From the human T2T-CHM13v2.0 reference genome, Homo sapiens: a stretch of DNA of 64,000 nt. The position numbers and the translations under genes are program-made. Location of the stretch: NCBI RefSeq assembly GCF_009914755.1, contig NC_060930.1; one strand, given 5' to 3'. How positions within the stretch are numbered: the first letter of the stretch is position 1; every line of letters begins with the position of its first letter. Below are positions 42,640-56,255 of the stretch, one piece after another. The notes beneath the pieces were generated by a model. It was not told where the DNA came from, did no database searches, and saw only the letters and a program-made list of their open reading frames with translations.

Positions 42640-43426
42640 CCCTCATGTACATCTGAGAGTGAAATCTCTTCTTCTTCTCTTCCCCTAAATTGAGTGCTAT
42701 ATGCCCATGGGAAAAAGCATCACATATTCAATTAAAAGCAGCTCAGAATGGGTGTCAAAGGAGCCTGAAATGGGTGCATTGAGGTGTTCCAGTTAACCAG
42801 AGAAGGCTCAGTGCTGGTGTGTTCCTGCTGGCAGTAGCAGAAGGGAAGTGCTATGTGACGCTCCTGAAATCTAATTGCTCCAGGTGCATCAACACAGGTG
42901 CTCCATTATGCTGATGCATTTTCTTAATGTGGGTCTTTATTTCCTCTGGGTTTTGAAATTGCCTTTTGCAAAATTTTAACCCCCTTCTTTGAAGTAAGAA
43001 GTAAAAGGGCTTTGTGTTTTACCACCTCTGGGCATGGAGGAGTTAACTCTTTGACAGAGACCTCAGGAAGGGTGGAAATCAGCAGAGAGAGAGTTAGGGG
43101 CCTGCTGCTGGGAAACTTTCTTCCTTCTCATTCTTCTCTTCAACATTCTGCCTCTATGGCAGGAGTCCCATACTTGAGTATTAGTAGTGATGATAATATT
43201 ATGAATACTGAACTAGTATTATTGATTAGTATTACTAATACTAATAATATTACTAATTACTAGGCACATCCAGGAAGAACGCAAGCCACAGACACATCAT
43301 TACTACTATGAGTAGTAATTAGTAGTTACTAATAGGCATGACACCTGTTTTGAATGAAGTAGAAGAGAAGTGAAGGTCTCTAGAAAAATAAGTTTTCACT
43401 TAAAGACATCTGTGAAGATTTCTTAC

Positions 43427-43539
43427 CGAAAACCATCAGCGGGAGCTCAAGCCAGATGTTAGTGAGCCGGTAGACCAGGAATGGCGTGATGATGCCACCA
43501 ATGTCACACATTGAGGAACAGATGTGGACGCCAAGATTC
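43427..43539 (-). CDS. SLC22A2: SLC22A2 coding exon 9 (113 nt; [25 protein letters not shown]...LMVF)
   Basis: CDIGG motif with the conserved OCT aspartate; acceptor tctag|GAA, donor TCG|GTAAGA. Confidence 0.97.
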
Positions 43540-43644
43540 CTAGAATGCAGGAAACTGATTTAACTTGTTAACTTATCACAGTGCAGTAGTTATCTCCCAT
43601 CCACCCCTGAATAAACACTTCCTCAAATAATTAAAATGTTCAAG

Positions 43645-43790
43645 AGCTATAGTGTACACTGCTCAGGTGACGGGTGCACCAAAATCTCAGAAATCACCAC
43701 TGAAGAACTTATTCATACAACCATATACCACCTGTTTCCCAGAAACCTATTGAAATAAAAAAAAAACACCAAAAATAAAATGTTCAAGAG
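43645..43790 (+). mobile_element. L1MA/PB 3'-end fragment with poly-A
   Basis: GGTGACGGGTGCACCAAAATCTCAGAAATCACCAC...CCTATTGAAATAAAAAAA. Confidence 0.75.
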
Positions 43791-44244
43791 TTTAAAAAAA
43801 CATTCACGTTATTTTCAATGCACAATATTTTATATATATATATATACATAATTCCATTCATATTCTGTCATTCTTGTTTTGTATAAACCTTAAATTTTTT
43901 TTTAATGATGGGAGGAGCAATTGTTTCTTTTTACTTCCATCACCTGGCTTCCCTAAGCTGTTTCTATGGACCTGTTTGTGCTGTTCCACAACAATCTCCC
44001 CTGTAGCCATTGGGTAATCCCTGTCTTGCAATTCAATTTTCTGTTCTCACCATGGCCTCTGTATTTTACCCCAGCCTGTAAGTGTGAGAGGTGAACTGCT
44101 GGGCCTGGCTGGACCTTTACGTGTTCTCACCTTCCCTTACACTGTGTTTTGAAGGTAAGATATCCTTTGTCTGCACTTGTGGTGGTTCCAGCCAATGAAC
44201 AAATGTCTCACCCACCCTCGTCATTCTAAGGAAAATGCACTCAC

Positions 44245-44353
44245 CTAATGAATGTGGGGTACAGCTCAGCATTGACCAGGCAGACTATCTCATAGGCCAT
44301 TGTGATCCCCATTCTTCCCAAGCATGAGATAATAATTTTTAGCCATTGTAGAT
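44245..44353 (-). CDS. SLC22A2: SLC22A2 coding exon 8 (109 nt; [35 protein letters not shown])
   Basis: ELYPT motif; acceptor cttag|ATC, donor TAG|GTGAGT. Confidence 0.97.
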
Positions 44354-44554
44354 CTAAGAGGGAAAAGAACAGTACTTATCCGTACACAGATGATTCCTCA
44401 TCTTCAGACAGTGCTCCAGAGTGGGACTGTAAGGACAAATTCCCCATCCCAGAATGGGACAAGAAAGAAAAATGACTTCTTCTATAGGCTCATGTTAATG
44501 TCAGCAGATTCTCACGTTTGTTCATCTTAACCTCAGACACAATGCTAATTCTCT

Positions 44555-44880
44555 CTTTTTTAAAAAAGATATTTTTTTTAGAGCAGTTTTAAGTTCACAG
44601 CAAAATGGAGAGGAAGGTACAGAGATTTCCCACATAACCTCTGCCCCCACACATGCATTCCACCCCCCACTGCCCATCATCGACATTCTCCACAGAGTGG
44701 TATGTTTGTTACTTGATGAACCTTCAGTGGCAACGATAATCACCCCAAATCTATAGCTGGCATTAGGGTTCACTCTTGGTGGTACACCTCCTGTGGGTTT
44801 GGACAAATGCATAATGACCTGTATCCACTATTTTAGTATCATATGGAATAATTTCACTGCCCTAAAAATCCTCTGTGTTC
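44555..44880 (-). mobile_element. L1M 3' fragment in intron 7
   Basis: TTTTTAGAGCAGTTTTAAGTTCACAGCAAAAT...TTCACTGCCCTAAAAATCCTCTGTG. Confidence 0.7.
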
Positions 44881-45522
44881 TCTTAACTTTAGACCTCAGT
44901 TGTTAATGACAACGGAGTTATACCAGTTTCCAAAGCTGGGCCAACTTTAGTCTATAGAAGTCAAAGAAAGAGCAAAATATGGGCACATTTAAACAACTGC
45001 TAATAACAAAAGGATTCAAACGAAGCTCCATATTGCTAAAAGGATTCTCTTATCCAGGTATTTGTTCCCCTTCGTTGAGGAAGCATTTTAAAAGGGAAAA
45101 AGGGAACTGAATAGTTATTTATGGATGGCATTTACTTACATTTTTCTCATTTATTCTGCAGGTTGATGCAGGGAGGTCAAGAGAGTCCCCAGTTAACACC
45201 CAGGAAGGGCTGGAGTAAGACCTTGACCTGGGCCTGCTTTACCCAAGGCCCATGCTCTCTGCTCCAGGTCATCTTGATGGCCTGTAGCATGGGGCTGTAA
45301 AGTCTCTCTTGTTACATCACATCAAGGAAAAATTGGGTACAATTTTTCCTAAAGGGAGGCTGGCCATATGAATTTGCTCAGAAGGGTCCCAGATACTGCC
45401 CTCCAATTTGTCTTTCCAAATTGATTTGGATGACAAATTACATGGTTTTCCTATCAATGGGCCGTGACACTCCCTTTCTCCAGGGTCTTGGAGATAAGAC
45501 TCCAACTTCACCTGAAACTTAC

Positions 45523-45737
45523 CACCAGGTATAAAAACTGAGGCCAGACAGGCTGCCCCTGCAACCATATTTGATGCAGCCCAAGGGTAACGGCGTCCGA
45601 TGCGGTCGATGGTGAGGATGATCATGAAGGCAGCTGGGAATTCAACCAGGGCAGAGTAGAAGAAATCCAGGTAGATATTGTCACCTGCAAGGCCCATGTG
45701 CATGATGAGGCCCTGGTAGAGCACAGAGCTCGTGAAC
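45523..45737 (-). CDS. SLC22A2: SLC22A2 coding exon 7 (215 nt; [15 protein letters not shown]...DRIGRR...VFIPG)
   Basis: Acceptor ctcag|GTTC, donor GTG|GTAAGT; second MFS motif DRIGRR. Confidence 0.97.
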
Positions 45738-46031
45738 CTGAGCAAAGAGGAGAGTTCAGGTCAAGTCAAGCACCAAACACAGGGCACCAAAAAAGAGAGG
45801 CTTCTGGAAAAATAATGTGGATTGTAGGTCACCTTTCCCTGTGACCATCTCCTTGCTAGTCCCCCATCCCACTGCTTTTATAATCTCTGATCTACTTCAG
45901 TGGCTGGCTGTGGCTGGGTAGTTTCCAAAAACCAGGAGAAGGGAAGAAATTGGAATAGTTAGAACTAATTAGAAATTACGATAATGTTTCCTGGACAAAT
46001 TGAAAGCCAAGAAGAATGTCTTAATGGAATG

Positions 46032-46336
<305 letters not shown>

Positions 46337-47019
46337 TGATTTATTTAGTAAAACTATATCAAGTTATTAGTGGTTGTGAGTTATTTCTCTCTTTGGGGTA
46401 TTCTAGTGCAATTGGGATCGAAAGAACTGACTACTTAATTCAAATTTTAGGAAACCAGAAGACCAAGTGAGTACGGCCTCCCTTCTTGGTGACTTCTCTC
46501 CTGGCCTGTTACGAACAACATTTGGACAATGTTTCTAGTTTATTAACTAAACATAGTCATTACATGTAATGGAAAATATGAGGATAATCAACAAAAGTCA
46601 CGATTACTCAGAAAAGGAAAGAAGGATAATGAGGCCAAATTTCAAAGCTGCCTCTCCTGTGCACTATTGTAAAGGTTGCTAAAGTAATTCCTCATGAGCT
46701 TTGCTTTTGTCAGTGATTGTAAATCTCCATTTGCCTGGGTGGAGATCCAATGTGCCCTGAAAAGATGCATTCCCCACTAGAGAAAGCATGGCTTGAAGCT
46801 CTGAGAGCAGCCTGTAGGTAGCAAACACAATAAAGATCAAGTCACTGGGCTGTGAAGCCACTGGAATTATTCTTGTTCAGAAATTTATTTTTTCTCCAGG
46901 TAGAAAAGAAAAAAAGGAAAGAAAAGGCAATCCCCCCACAACCCTGTTTTTTGTTTGTTTGTTTTTTGCCAGTTCTGTACTACAATAGAGATCTACATGC
47001 ATCATCAATTAAGTTATAC

Positions 47020-47185
47020 CAATAGTTCTCTAGTTGGGCTATGCATTTGAATCACCTGGAGAATTAAAAAACTATTGGTTTCCAAGCCCTACCCTAGAAC
47101 AATTAAATCAGTATTTCTGGGGGTTTTGGCTTTGGTATTTTGTAAGCTCCCAGGTGATTCCAATGTGAAGCCGAGGTTGCCATTG
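47020..47185. mobile_element. MER5-like hAT element
   Basis: Internally palindromic GAATCACCTGG...CCCAGGTGATTC. Confidence 0.6.
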
Positions 47186-47389
47186 CCTTGATCTGTGCTT
47201 AGGGGCTACACCGATCTTAATATTTGCCCAAGAAAAACACGATCAGGAAAACCTACCAGACACAACCCACATTGCTGCCCACCGTCAGCGCTAATACCGG
47301 GATGAGGTCATGTTTTCTTCCCTTCCTTACTATGGATGACTGTGATTAAAACAATTTGGAGGCATTTCAAAGTGAAAAATATTCCTTAC

Positions 47390-47496
47390 CAGTTGTACAT
47401 CAATATCATAGTATGTTTCCTTATCTGAGGAGTTCTGACCAAGTCAAGAAATGAAGGGTTCAATTTCTTGCCAGTTTCCTCTTCAAGTCTCAGGCG
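47390..47496 (-). CDS. SLC22A2: SLC22A2 coding exon 6 (107 nt; [35 protein letters not shown])
   Basis: Acceptor cttag|CGC, donor CTG|GTAAGG; frame consistent. Confidence 0.96.
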
Positions 47497-47645
47497 CTAA
47501 GAAAAGGAATAGAAAGGACGGCTTTGTATATTTAATGCTAGTGTCCCTGGGTCACATAGGGAATAACAATAATTTCTTACCGTCCTGAGCGCCCATCTCA
47601 TGCCCAGCACTAGAGCAAGCACTTTCCATACTGTGTCCCATTTCA

Positions 47646-48250
<605 letters not shown>

Positions 48251-48415
48251 TATTTTCGAATAAGCTTAATCTTCTCTTTTCTACCCGCTGTGGAATGAAA
48301 ATGTTTGAGGTCAACGTGGTGAGATCTACTAAAGGCAAACAATAAACACAGGTAACGAACACCTCTGTAACTGGATTCTATTTAAGAAGGCAGGGGATTG
48401 CTTAAAAGCTTTTCA

Positions 48416-48722
<307 letters not shown>

Positions 48723-49131
48723 CTATCCAAAGTGTTTACAATTCTAAGAAATCATGTGTGTTTAAAGAACTGCTTTACTGATCTAAGAATCTGACCTGAG
48801 GATGGTGAATATGCAGATGATGGGGGTGCTGGGCACCTGGGCATAGGAGACTGGTGAAGGCTTAAGTTGCACAAGACAGAAGCTCCTCACGTGACCTTTA
48901 AATGATTTCTGGTTCTCTTTTAGTTTGATGGTTTCCACCTGTTTGAAATATTCTCCCACGGAACCACAAATCTTAGCATATAAAATTCTCTGTTGCATTC
49001 CGCTACAGGTAAGCCAAAATGCAAGGGGGTGGGTGCTTCCATGGTTCCCTGCTGAGATCACTGGCATGCATGAATCTTACCAGAGCCTCCCTTTTCTCCA
49101 TCCCGATTTGATACTTAAGGCCCTGGCTCAC

Positions 49132-49246
49132 CTGAAGGGAGGCGGGTAGAGATTTTCCATTTTTCTTTGCGATGTGCTTAATGATTCTCATGGCTTCAGC
49201 ATTCTTATTCTGGGAGATCAGCCACCTGGGAGACTCAGGTATGCAC
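49132..49246 (-). CDS. SLC22A2: SLC22A2 coding exon 5 (115 nt; [14 protein letters not shown]...LPASLQ)
   Basis: PESPRWL motif of SLC22/MFS transporters; acceptor cctag|GTG, donor CAG|GTGAGC. Confidence 0.97.
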
Positions 49247-50023
49247 CTAGGGTACAAGGTGAGCGGAGGGCAACTCTTACTGAATCCTCCTTACCCCATC
49301 CCCCGTTTTTTTATAATCAGATTTCTCTGAGGATGTTAATACAGTTGGATCTCCAAAGAAAATAACACTCGTGTAGGGGGATATGTGGTTCTTTCCTCCC
49401 TCAAATGCTAAATCCCTCCTCAGGGATTTCTAAGCAGAAACACAGGAAGCAAGCTGCAAAGCAGGGTGCGGCTGAACATCCAGCTCCTCTTGCAAGGAGG
49501 AGAGGCAGGTCCCTCAGGGTGGCCCTGGGCTTTGCAAAGGCCTGAGAACTGGCAGAGGGGTCAAGGACTGGATGCTGGAGTATGCAAACCATTGTGGGGG
49601 TGGGGAGCAAGTATGTATATGTGTTATGCTCAATTTCCCAAAGGAATGAGATAAGAATTTGAGGTCAGAGGGTGAGGTAACTGAAAAGCGAGACTTCATA
49701 GTTTGAGTTTGATGTAGCAGGGCTCGGGGAGCCCTTGCAAGTTTTTGAGCAAGACTAGAACTATTGACTCTGTGTCTGGAGGGAACTCTGAGCAGCTGGG
49801 TTCAGGGTGAATGAGTTCAGGGTGGAGGTTCAGCGGGAGGAGAAACTGGAGAAAGGAGATAATAGGGCTGCTGCTGTGGCAGTTATGGTGTAAATGTAGG
49901 AAGGCCCCAGTTGGGATCATCACTCTGGGAGCGAAGTTGCTCTGAGAGGCAGGGCTTAAAAGGAACTTGGAATGGATGTTTTTGTGGAAGTGTAATGGAG
50001 ACAGCAGGAAGGGTCACTCTCAG

Positions 50024-50380
50024 GGTATAATGGACTGAATGTTTCTGTCCCCGCTGAAGCGCATGCACTGATGCCCTCACTCCCAGTGTGCAATTTGGAG
50101 TTGGGGCCTGTGGCAGGTAATTAAGTTTAGCTGAGGTCTGGAGAGTGGGGCCCCCAGATATCCTTACAAGAAGAGGAAGAGAGACTAGAGTGTTATTTTT
50201 TCTTCACCATGTGAGGGCCCACAAGTGGGATGTCTGCAAGTCAGGAAGTGGGCTCCCATCAGGAACAAATCTGCCAGCACCTGGATCTTAGACTTCCCAG
50301 CCTCCAGAACTATGGGAAATATGTTTTTAAGTACCCGGTCCATGGCATTTTGTCACTGCAGTCTGAGCTGGTAAAACACA
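50024..50380 (+). mobile_element. MLT1A-like MaLR LTR
   Basis: ATGGACTGAATGTTTCTGTCCCC...GACTTCCCAGCCTCCAGAACT...GTAAAACA. Confidence 0.75.
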
Positions 50381-51163
50381 GAGTTTTATTGGCTTTTGGA
50401 TAAGAAACAGGCTTCTGGGAAAGAGTTGAGATGTTTAATTCTTAGGCAAGACAGCCATGGGAAGAACAAGTGGGTAAATCCAGGAGAAACTAAATAAATG
50501 GGTTGTAGCATGGGAGAGAGATTTGGTCTGATAATCCAGTATCCCCTTTGCTTTATTTCAGATAATCTCACATTAGGGGTTTCTAAGAGTTTCTGGTATT
50601 TCCCATGTGTTTCCCTTAGGCAGGGATGACTAATATATTTTACTTGCCTTGGTAACTCTGATTGATTGGTATGGTCTGTCTGGAGTGTCATGTTGGCCTT
50701 ATCTGTGATGAAGAATACTGTGATTCACTGGGGATGTCTGCCTTGGGCATGAGTATTGGGAAATGGTGACACAAGTGCCATGCTCTGCTTTCTCCACCCT
50801 AAAGTTTCCTCTGAGTGGGGAGAGAATAGTAATAGTGATATTTTCAGTCTCTTCAAAGGGTCTACCGTCCAAATTGTACCACAGCTCCTAGAAGCTAATT
50901 TAAACACCAAATAAATAATGTGGAAATGTAAGATCCAAGTCATAAAAACTTTAAGCCCAAAGAGAAAGGACATTTGATTTACAGACGGAGAGGTGAAGCT
51001 TGTGGTTTTTATTCCTGAAACATGGAATTGGGCTCTTTGTGAAATGGGTCTGGAGAGTGAAAGCAATCTCAGAATCAGAAAGATAGTGTGCATTAAGGAA
51101 GGCAGACTTCTTAGCAGAATAAAATACTTTGATTTATTTCCTTTTTATTCCAAATGGACTTAC

Positions 51164-51332
51164 CAGTAATAGAGCAAGAAGAAGAAGTTGGGCAGAGCAA
51201 CTGTGAACTGCAACCACCTCCAGTGAGGAAGTGCGTAAGCCACCCCAGCTAGCACCAGGAGCCCAACTGTATAGGCAACTTGGTAAAAAATCCCCACTGT
51301 TCTCCGATATCTCCGCCCAACAAATTCTGTAA
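51164..51332 (-). CDS. SLC22A2: SLC22A2 coding exon 4 (169 nt; [11 protein letters not shown]...[13 protein letters not shown])
   Basis: Acceptor ctgcag|TTACAG, donor CTG|GTAAGT; c.808 falls at 51198 and reads G (Ala270). Confidence 0.97.
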
Positions 51333-52495
51333 CTGCAGAGAGAATTTGAATGGTTAATGCAATTCAATACAATAATGAGTTGGCTGTCCAGCTATCAGGA
51401 AACTAGAACACCAACCTCAAAAATATAGACAAATTCTAGAATATTCTACGCAACTCTCTGAATATTTTTAAGTGTTTTTTGGTTTTTATTTTGTTATAAC
51501 TATTGCTGTTTTACTAATTAATAAATCTTATAGTCCCATTGTAGATGGGATGAAAGGCCTGCCAACATAAGCAAACACATTTGATTTATAATTTTCATGA
51601 TGCAATTGTATTTCAGATACATGCAAGATTTTGACCTAGAGTAGTAACTCAAGACCTGAACAAATGAATCAAACATTAAATTTAGACCGTAGATGATTTT
51701 TATGTAAATGAACACCTGAGTATAACTTGTTCTCTTACATGGGTTTAACATTTATCTTGCAAGTCCTATTTGTTTATTTGTATAAATGGCTTGGTAACTT
51801 AGCAGAGGGCTGGAATCAGCTAGTGCTGGCTGGCAGGAACTGGTTTTACATGCTGGGGAATTTTACAAGCTGGTGGTTCAACCCGTTGGTATCAGCCATA
51901 GTGAGAATATTGCTATAAAGATGCTATGATGTTAGAAGTCAAATATTCTCTTATAGTATATGGAACTTAACTGTAACTCTGGCTACTAAGGAATAGGATG
52001 TAAGTTATATTCCTCGTCCTAAAAATGGCTGGCTGAGTAACCTAGGTTGACTACAGTACTTGTGTTTTCAGTTTCCTTATGTGTAAGTTGAGGATAATTG
52101 TAGTTCACTAGAATAGATTTTTGCAAAGTATTAAAGTCCTTTATAAATCTACTATATCTCTCATCACTGATTCTTCTTTATGAATAGGTCTGGTAGGATG
52201 AATTTTCTTTCCACACAATACTCCAGGGTACAGAAAACAAAAATTCCAAAAAAGTTACATAAGAATCTGGGTGGCATTATGTTTACCCTTGTTTCTGCCT
52301 TCATTTTTTTAGTTTATAAGGAGGAATGCTGAATGAGTTGATATGCTTTTAGGAATTCTTTTGATACAGAAATAAAAAAATCTCTCAATATTGTCTTGAA
52401 GCTGGGTCCCTTTTCTTGCATGCCGCCCCCCACCTGACTCTATTTTGGCAGCGAGGTTGCTTTGTTCTCACAGTTGCAAGCACAAACATTCTTAC

Positions 52496-52650
52496 TCAGG
52501 ATGTAGCCTATTAACCAGCCTGCTTTGCTGACCAGTCCTTGGATTAAGCGAAAAATTAACATCCACGTATAGGTTGGGGAAATGGCCATGAGAACTCCAG
52601 CTGCAGCATTTATGAGGACTGTAGTTAGGAGGCAGAGCTTACGGCCAAAC
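52496..52650 (-). CDS. SLC22A2: SLC22A2 coding exon 3 (155 nt; [18 protein letters not shown]...LIGYIL)
   Basis: Acceptor ctgcag|GTTTGG, donor TGA|GTAAGA; MFS motif DRFGRK spans exons 2/3. Confidence 0.97.
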
Positions 52651-53914
52651 CTGCAGGAAGAAAAACAAAGAGAGGGAATTGAATTAATTTTGATTTGTGA
52701 AGATTGTGGAAAATGCATGGAAGTTATGGAAATCTAAACAAAGTTAGAGGTTAACTTTAAATTTTATGAATCCAGGAGGCACAGACTGATAGCCACAAAG
52801 GGAATCTGTGACTCCAGGTCCAGGTAGCACTTTTCATCAGCACACTATGTGTAAGTTTTCAGCATGATAAGCCCCATTCACCCCAGGGTTCAAGTACTTT
52901 CTCAGTCCCACACTGTGGCAGGTATTCAGGGAAAGAGTAATTCATCCAGGCCATCCTGTGCTGAATACCCTATGGTCCTAACTAGGTCTTACATCACCAT
53001 GTGAGCTGCGGCCTTTGCACTAACAATTTCAACCAATTATCCACCCAAGAATGTTTTCACTTTTTCACTTTGAAAACAAAATTCAGTGTTCAGTATATAC
53101 CCCCTTTCTTTTTCAACAGTGCTTTTAGGCTTTGTGAAAATTGTCTTTGGTGCCACACATGTTACTATCCTATGGGGGCCTCTGTTTGGAGCACCCTGGG
53201 AAGACAGCTTCCACACATCAGATTTGGGAGACTTAGGTTTATTCAGTTTAGGGATTTGGAAAGTTGTCCCAGTATATGGAATAGAGGAAAACAATTGGCA
53301 ACCTGGGTTTCATCATGACCTTCCTACTTACTATGATGTTGGGCAACCTATTCAACCATATTCAGTGTCTTCATCTGGAAAAGACCCATCTGACCCAGCT
53401 GAAAAGAGGATTAAGTGAGATATTAGAGGTAAGGAGCTTGGCACATAGCCTGCCTCCGACCCCTTCCTTCCTTTTTTCCTTCTGTTTGCAAACCTGGCTC
53501 AGCTCAGAGAGTTGACCTGGGGCCCAATACTGTTATTTTCGCCATGTCCTGGTTTGCTTGTAAAAGACACCCTAATCCACTTAGTGGATATTTAAAAAAA
53601 TTCTTCACAGAAAACAATGTTTATTTAATCTTTGTCTTTCCACTTCAATTGGAAGGATGGCTTTTTGTTATCAGGATTGCTCCTTTTAATGGTGGATAAA
53701 CATTGTTTAATTGATGCTTTTATTATTATGCAACTATATTCTAGTGAAGGTGTCAAATACTAACCATTTCAAAATAATCCACATTATTAATAATTATTTT
53801 GGAAGAGTAATATTTTAAATATGAAATTTTAAGGTTAAGCAGTTACATTGGTAATTAGTATTAACTAGTAAATTTCTTAAGTCTTAAAACTCTGTTTTGA
53901 CCATGTAATTTCAT

Positions 53915-54030
53915 TTTTAAAAATTTTTATTTTTAGTTCTGGGGTACATGTGCAGGATGTGCAGGTTTGTCACATAGGGAAATGTGTGCCATTGTGGTTT
54001 GCTGTACCTATCAACCCATCACCTAGGTAA
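53915..54030 (-). mobile_element. Short L1PA 3'-end fragment
   Basis: GGGGTACATGTGCAGGATGTGCAGGTTTG. Confidence 0.75.
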
Positions 54031-54559
54031 CGATGTAATTTCTTAATTCTCAGTCAATGGCTCCCTGCTGTAAATATACAACCTCTTGGCCTCTAATTCA
54101 AAGCCTTCCAAAGTCATATCTCAACTTAATTTTTTAGCATTTCTTCCCACATTTTCCTACCCAAACCCCTTCCTTTACCCTCAAAGAGTATATAATCTAT
54201 AAACATTGACTCAAATGGTACTTCTTCAACTTTCAAAACTGCTTCAGGCACACAGTAGAACACCACAGTAGTGCCCCATGTAGATGGACAAAATCTTTTA
54301 GGTGATGAGAGGGAATATTCATCATCTGAAACTCAGAGCAAGAAAATCAAATCCATGATGTGGAAAAACTTCACTGGAGACATGTTCCACATAGGGAAGC
54401 AATGCTACTTAAAAGAATAATAAGGCATGGCTAGAATAAATTTGGGGAATCTGGGATAGAGGTCTGAGACTCCTCCTACCCCTCAGCAGGGCTATTTAAA
54501 TGGTTAAATGGAAAACAATCAGAAGAAACAGGACAGGAAGGGTGGACTCCCCATACTGC

Positions 54560-54760
54560 TGGCTTGGTAAGTCTTTTAGCTACTTGTGACTCAGAATGTG
54601 GCTGAGGACTATTAGCATGGGCTTGGGAACAGCATCACCTGGGAGCTGGTTAGAAATACAGAATTTTGGGCCCACCCAGATCTGCTGGATCAGAATCTGA
54701 ATTTTAGCAAGATCCCCAGGAGATTTATATGCAACTTAGCATTTGGGAAGCAGTGCTTTA
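54560..54760. mobile_element. MER5A-like element
   Basis: CAGCATCACCTGGGAGCTGGTTAGAAAT...CAAGATCCCCAGG. Confidence 0.65.
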
Positions 54761-54970
54761 ATTTCACAGAGCCTCGGTTTCTTCATCCATTGTAAATTAT
54801 GGATAATGAAATCTACTTTAAAAGGCTCTCGTGATCCTAAATGAAATATAACAAATGAGGATGCCCAGTAAAGTGACTAGCACACAGTAATCAGTGGTGA
54901 ACGTGTTTTGGAAGATCCCATATAGTTGGGTAAGTATGACTGCAACCCACTGGGACTTTAGTTCTGCTTT

Positions 54971-55505
54971 TGATGCAGGACAGGCAAGCACCAAAATTGG
55001 GGCTTAGCCTGGGAGGGTTCTTGGCTTTGCCCAGGAAAGAATTCAAGGGCAAGCTGGTGTTGTTAAATAGCCATTTTTATTGAAGCTGCAATGTATAGCA
55101 GCAGCACCTCTGTTCCTTGTGGAGCAGGGATATTCCATAGGCAGTGTGCCTGGAATAGCAGCTCAGAGGAGTCTGTTCTGTACTCATATTTATTTTTAAT
55201 TATATGCAAATTAATTTAAATTATAAATTTGATTATATGCAACCCACGTTTAATTATATGCAAATTAAGGGGTGGCTTATGCAGAAATTTCTAGGAAAAG
55301 GGTGGTAACTTCTGGGTTGTAGAGTCATTGCCATTAAAAGGGGCTGGAGATTGCCATGTTGCCATGGCAATAGTAAACCGACATGGTGCACTGGTGGTCA
55401 TGTCTTATGGAAAGCTGCTCCTGCCTGGGACCTGTTTTAGCTAGTCCTCAGTTTGGTCTGGTGTCCAAGCCCTGCCTCCAGAGTCAAGTCCCTCCTCCTA
55501 GCTCA
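54971..55505 (-). mobile_element. ERV1 solo LTR (MER50/MER51-like)
   Basis: TG...CA ends; 4-bp TSD CTTT at 54967-54970 and 55506-55509. Confidence 0.7.
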
Positions 55506-55534
55506 CTTTGATCTAGTTCCATCACAACACATAA

Positions 55535-55925
55535 AAGTAGGGTGCTGACTCTTAAGAGCTAATGATCAGACTTACAGAAAATTTGCAAGCTAATTGTTAG
55601 CATAACCATTATTAAAAATTAAATTATATACATTTACAACTAAATTATATTGAAAGCAAGTGTAATATGCAAAACATCACTTTCCAATGATTTTACTATA
55701 TTTGGCCATCTGTGCTTGTGAGGTTATTTACATCTACTGTATCTGCATGGTGGAAATGCTGTGTAATGGTGCACACTTCTAGCCAACTCTATGTCCTGTG
55801 ATGTCATTTTTGTAGGCTGAAGTGAACCACAGTGGGTATATTTACACCAGAGCAATCAATAAACACTACAAACTGGGGCTTTCCCTCCCAGAGAACTAGT
55901 TGTTAAGCATTCACAAGCATGACAC
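55535..55925 (+). mobile_element. MER63-like hAT-Blackjack element
   Basis: CCATTATTAAAAATTAAATTATAT...CATCACTTTCCAATGATTTTACTAT resembles the recalled MER63 consensus. Confidence 0.6.
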
Positions 55926-55943
55926 AGTAAATATAGCACTTAT

Positions 55944-56255
<312 letters not shown>

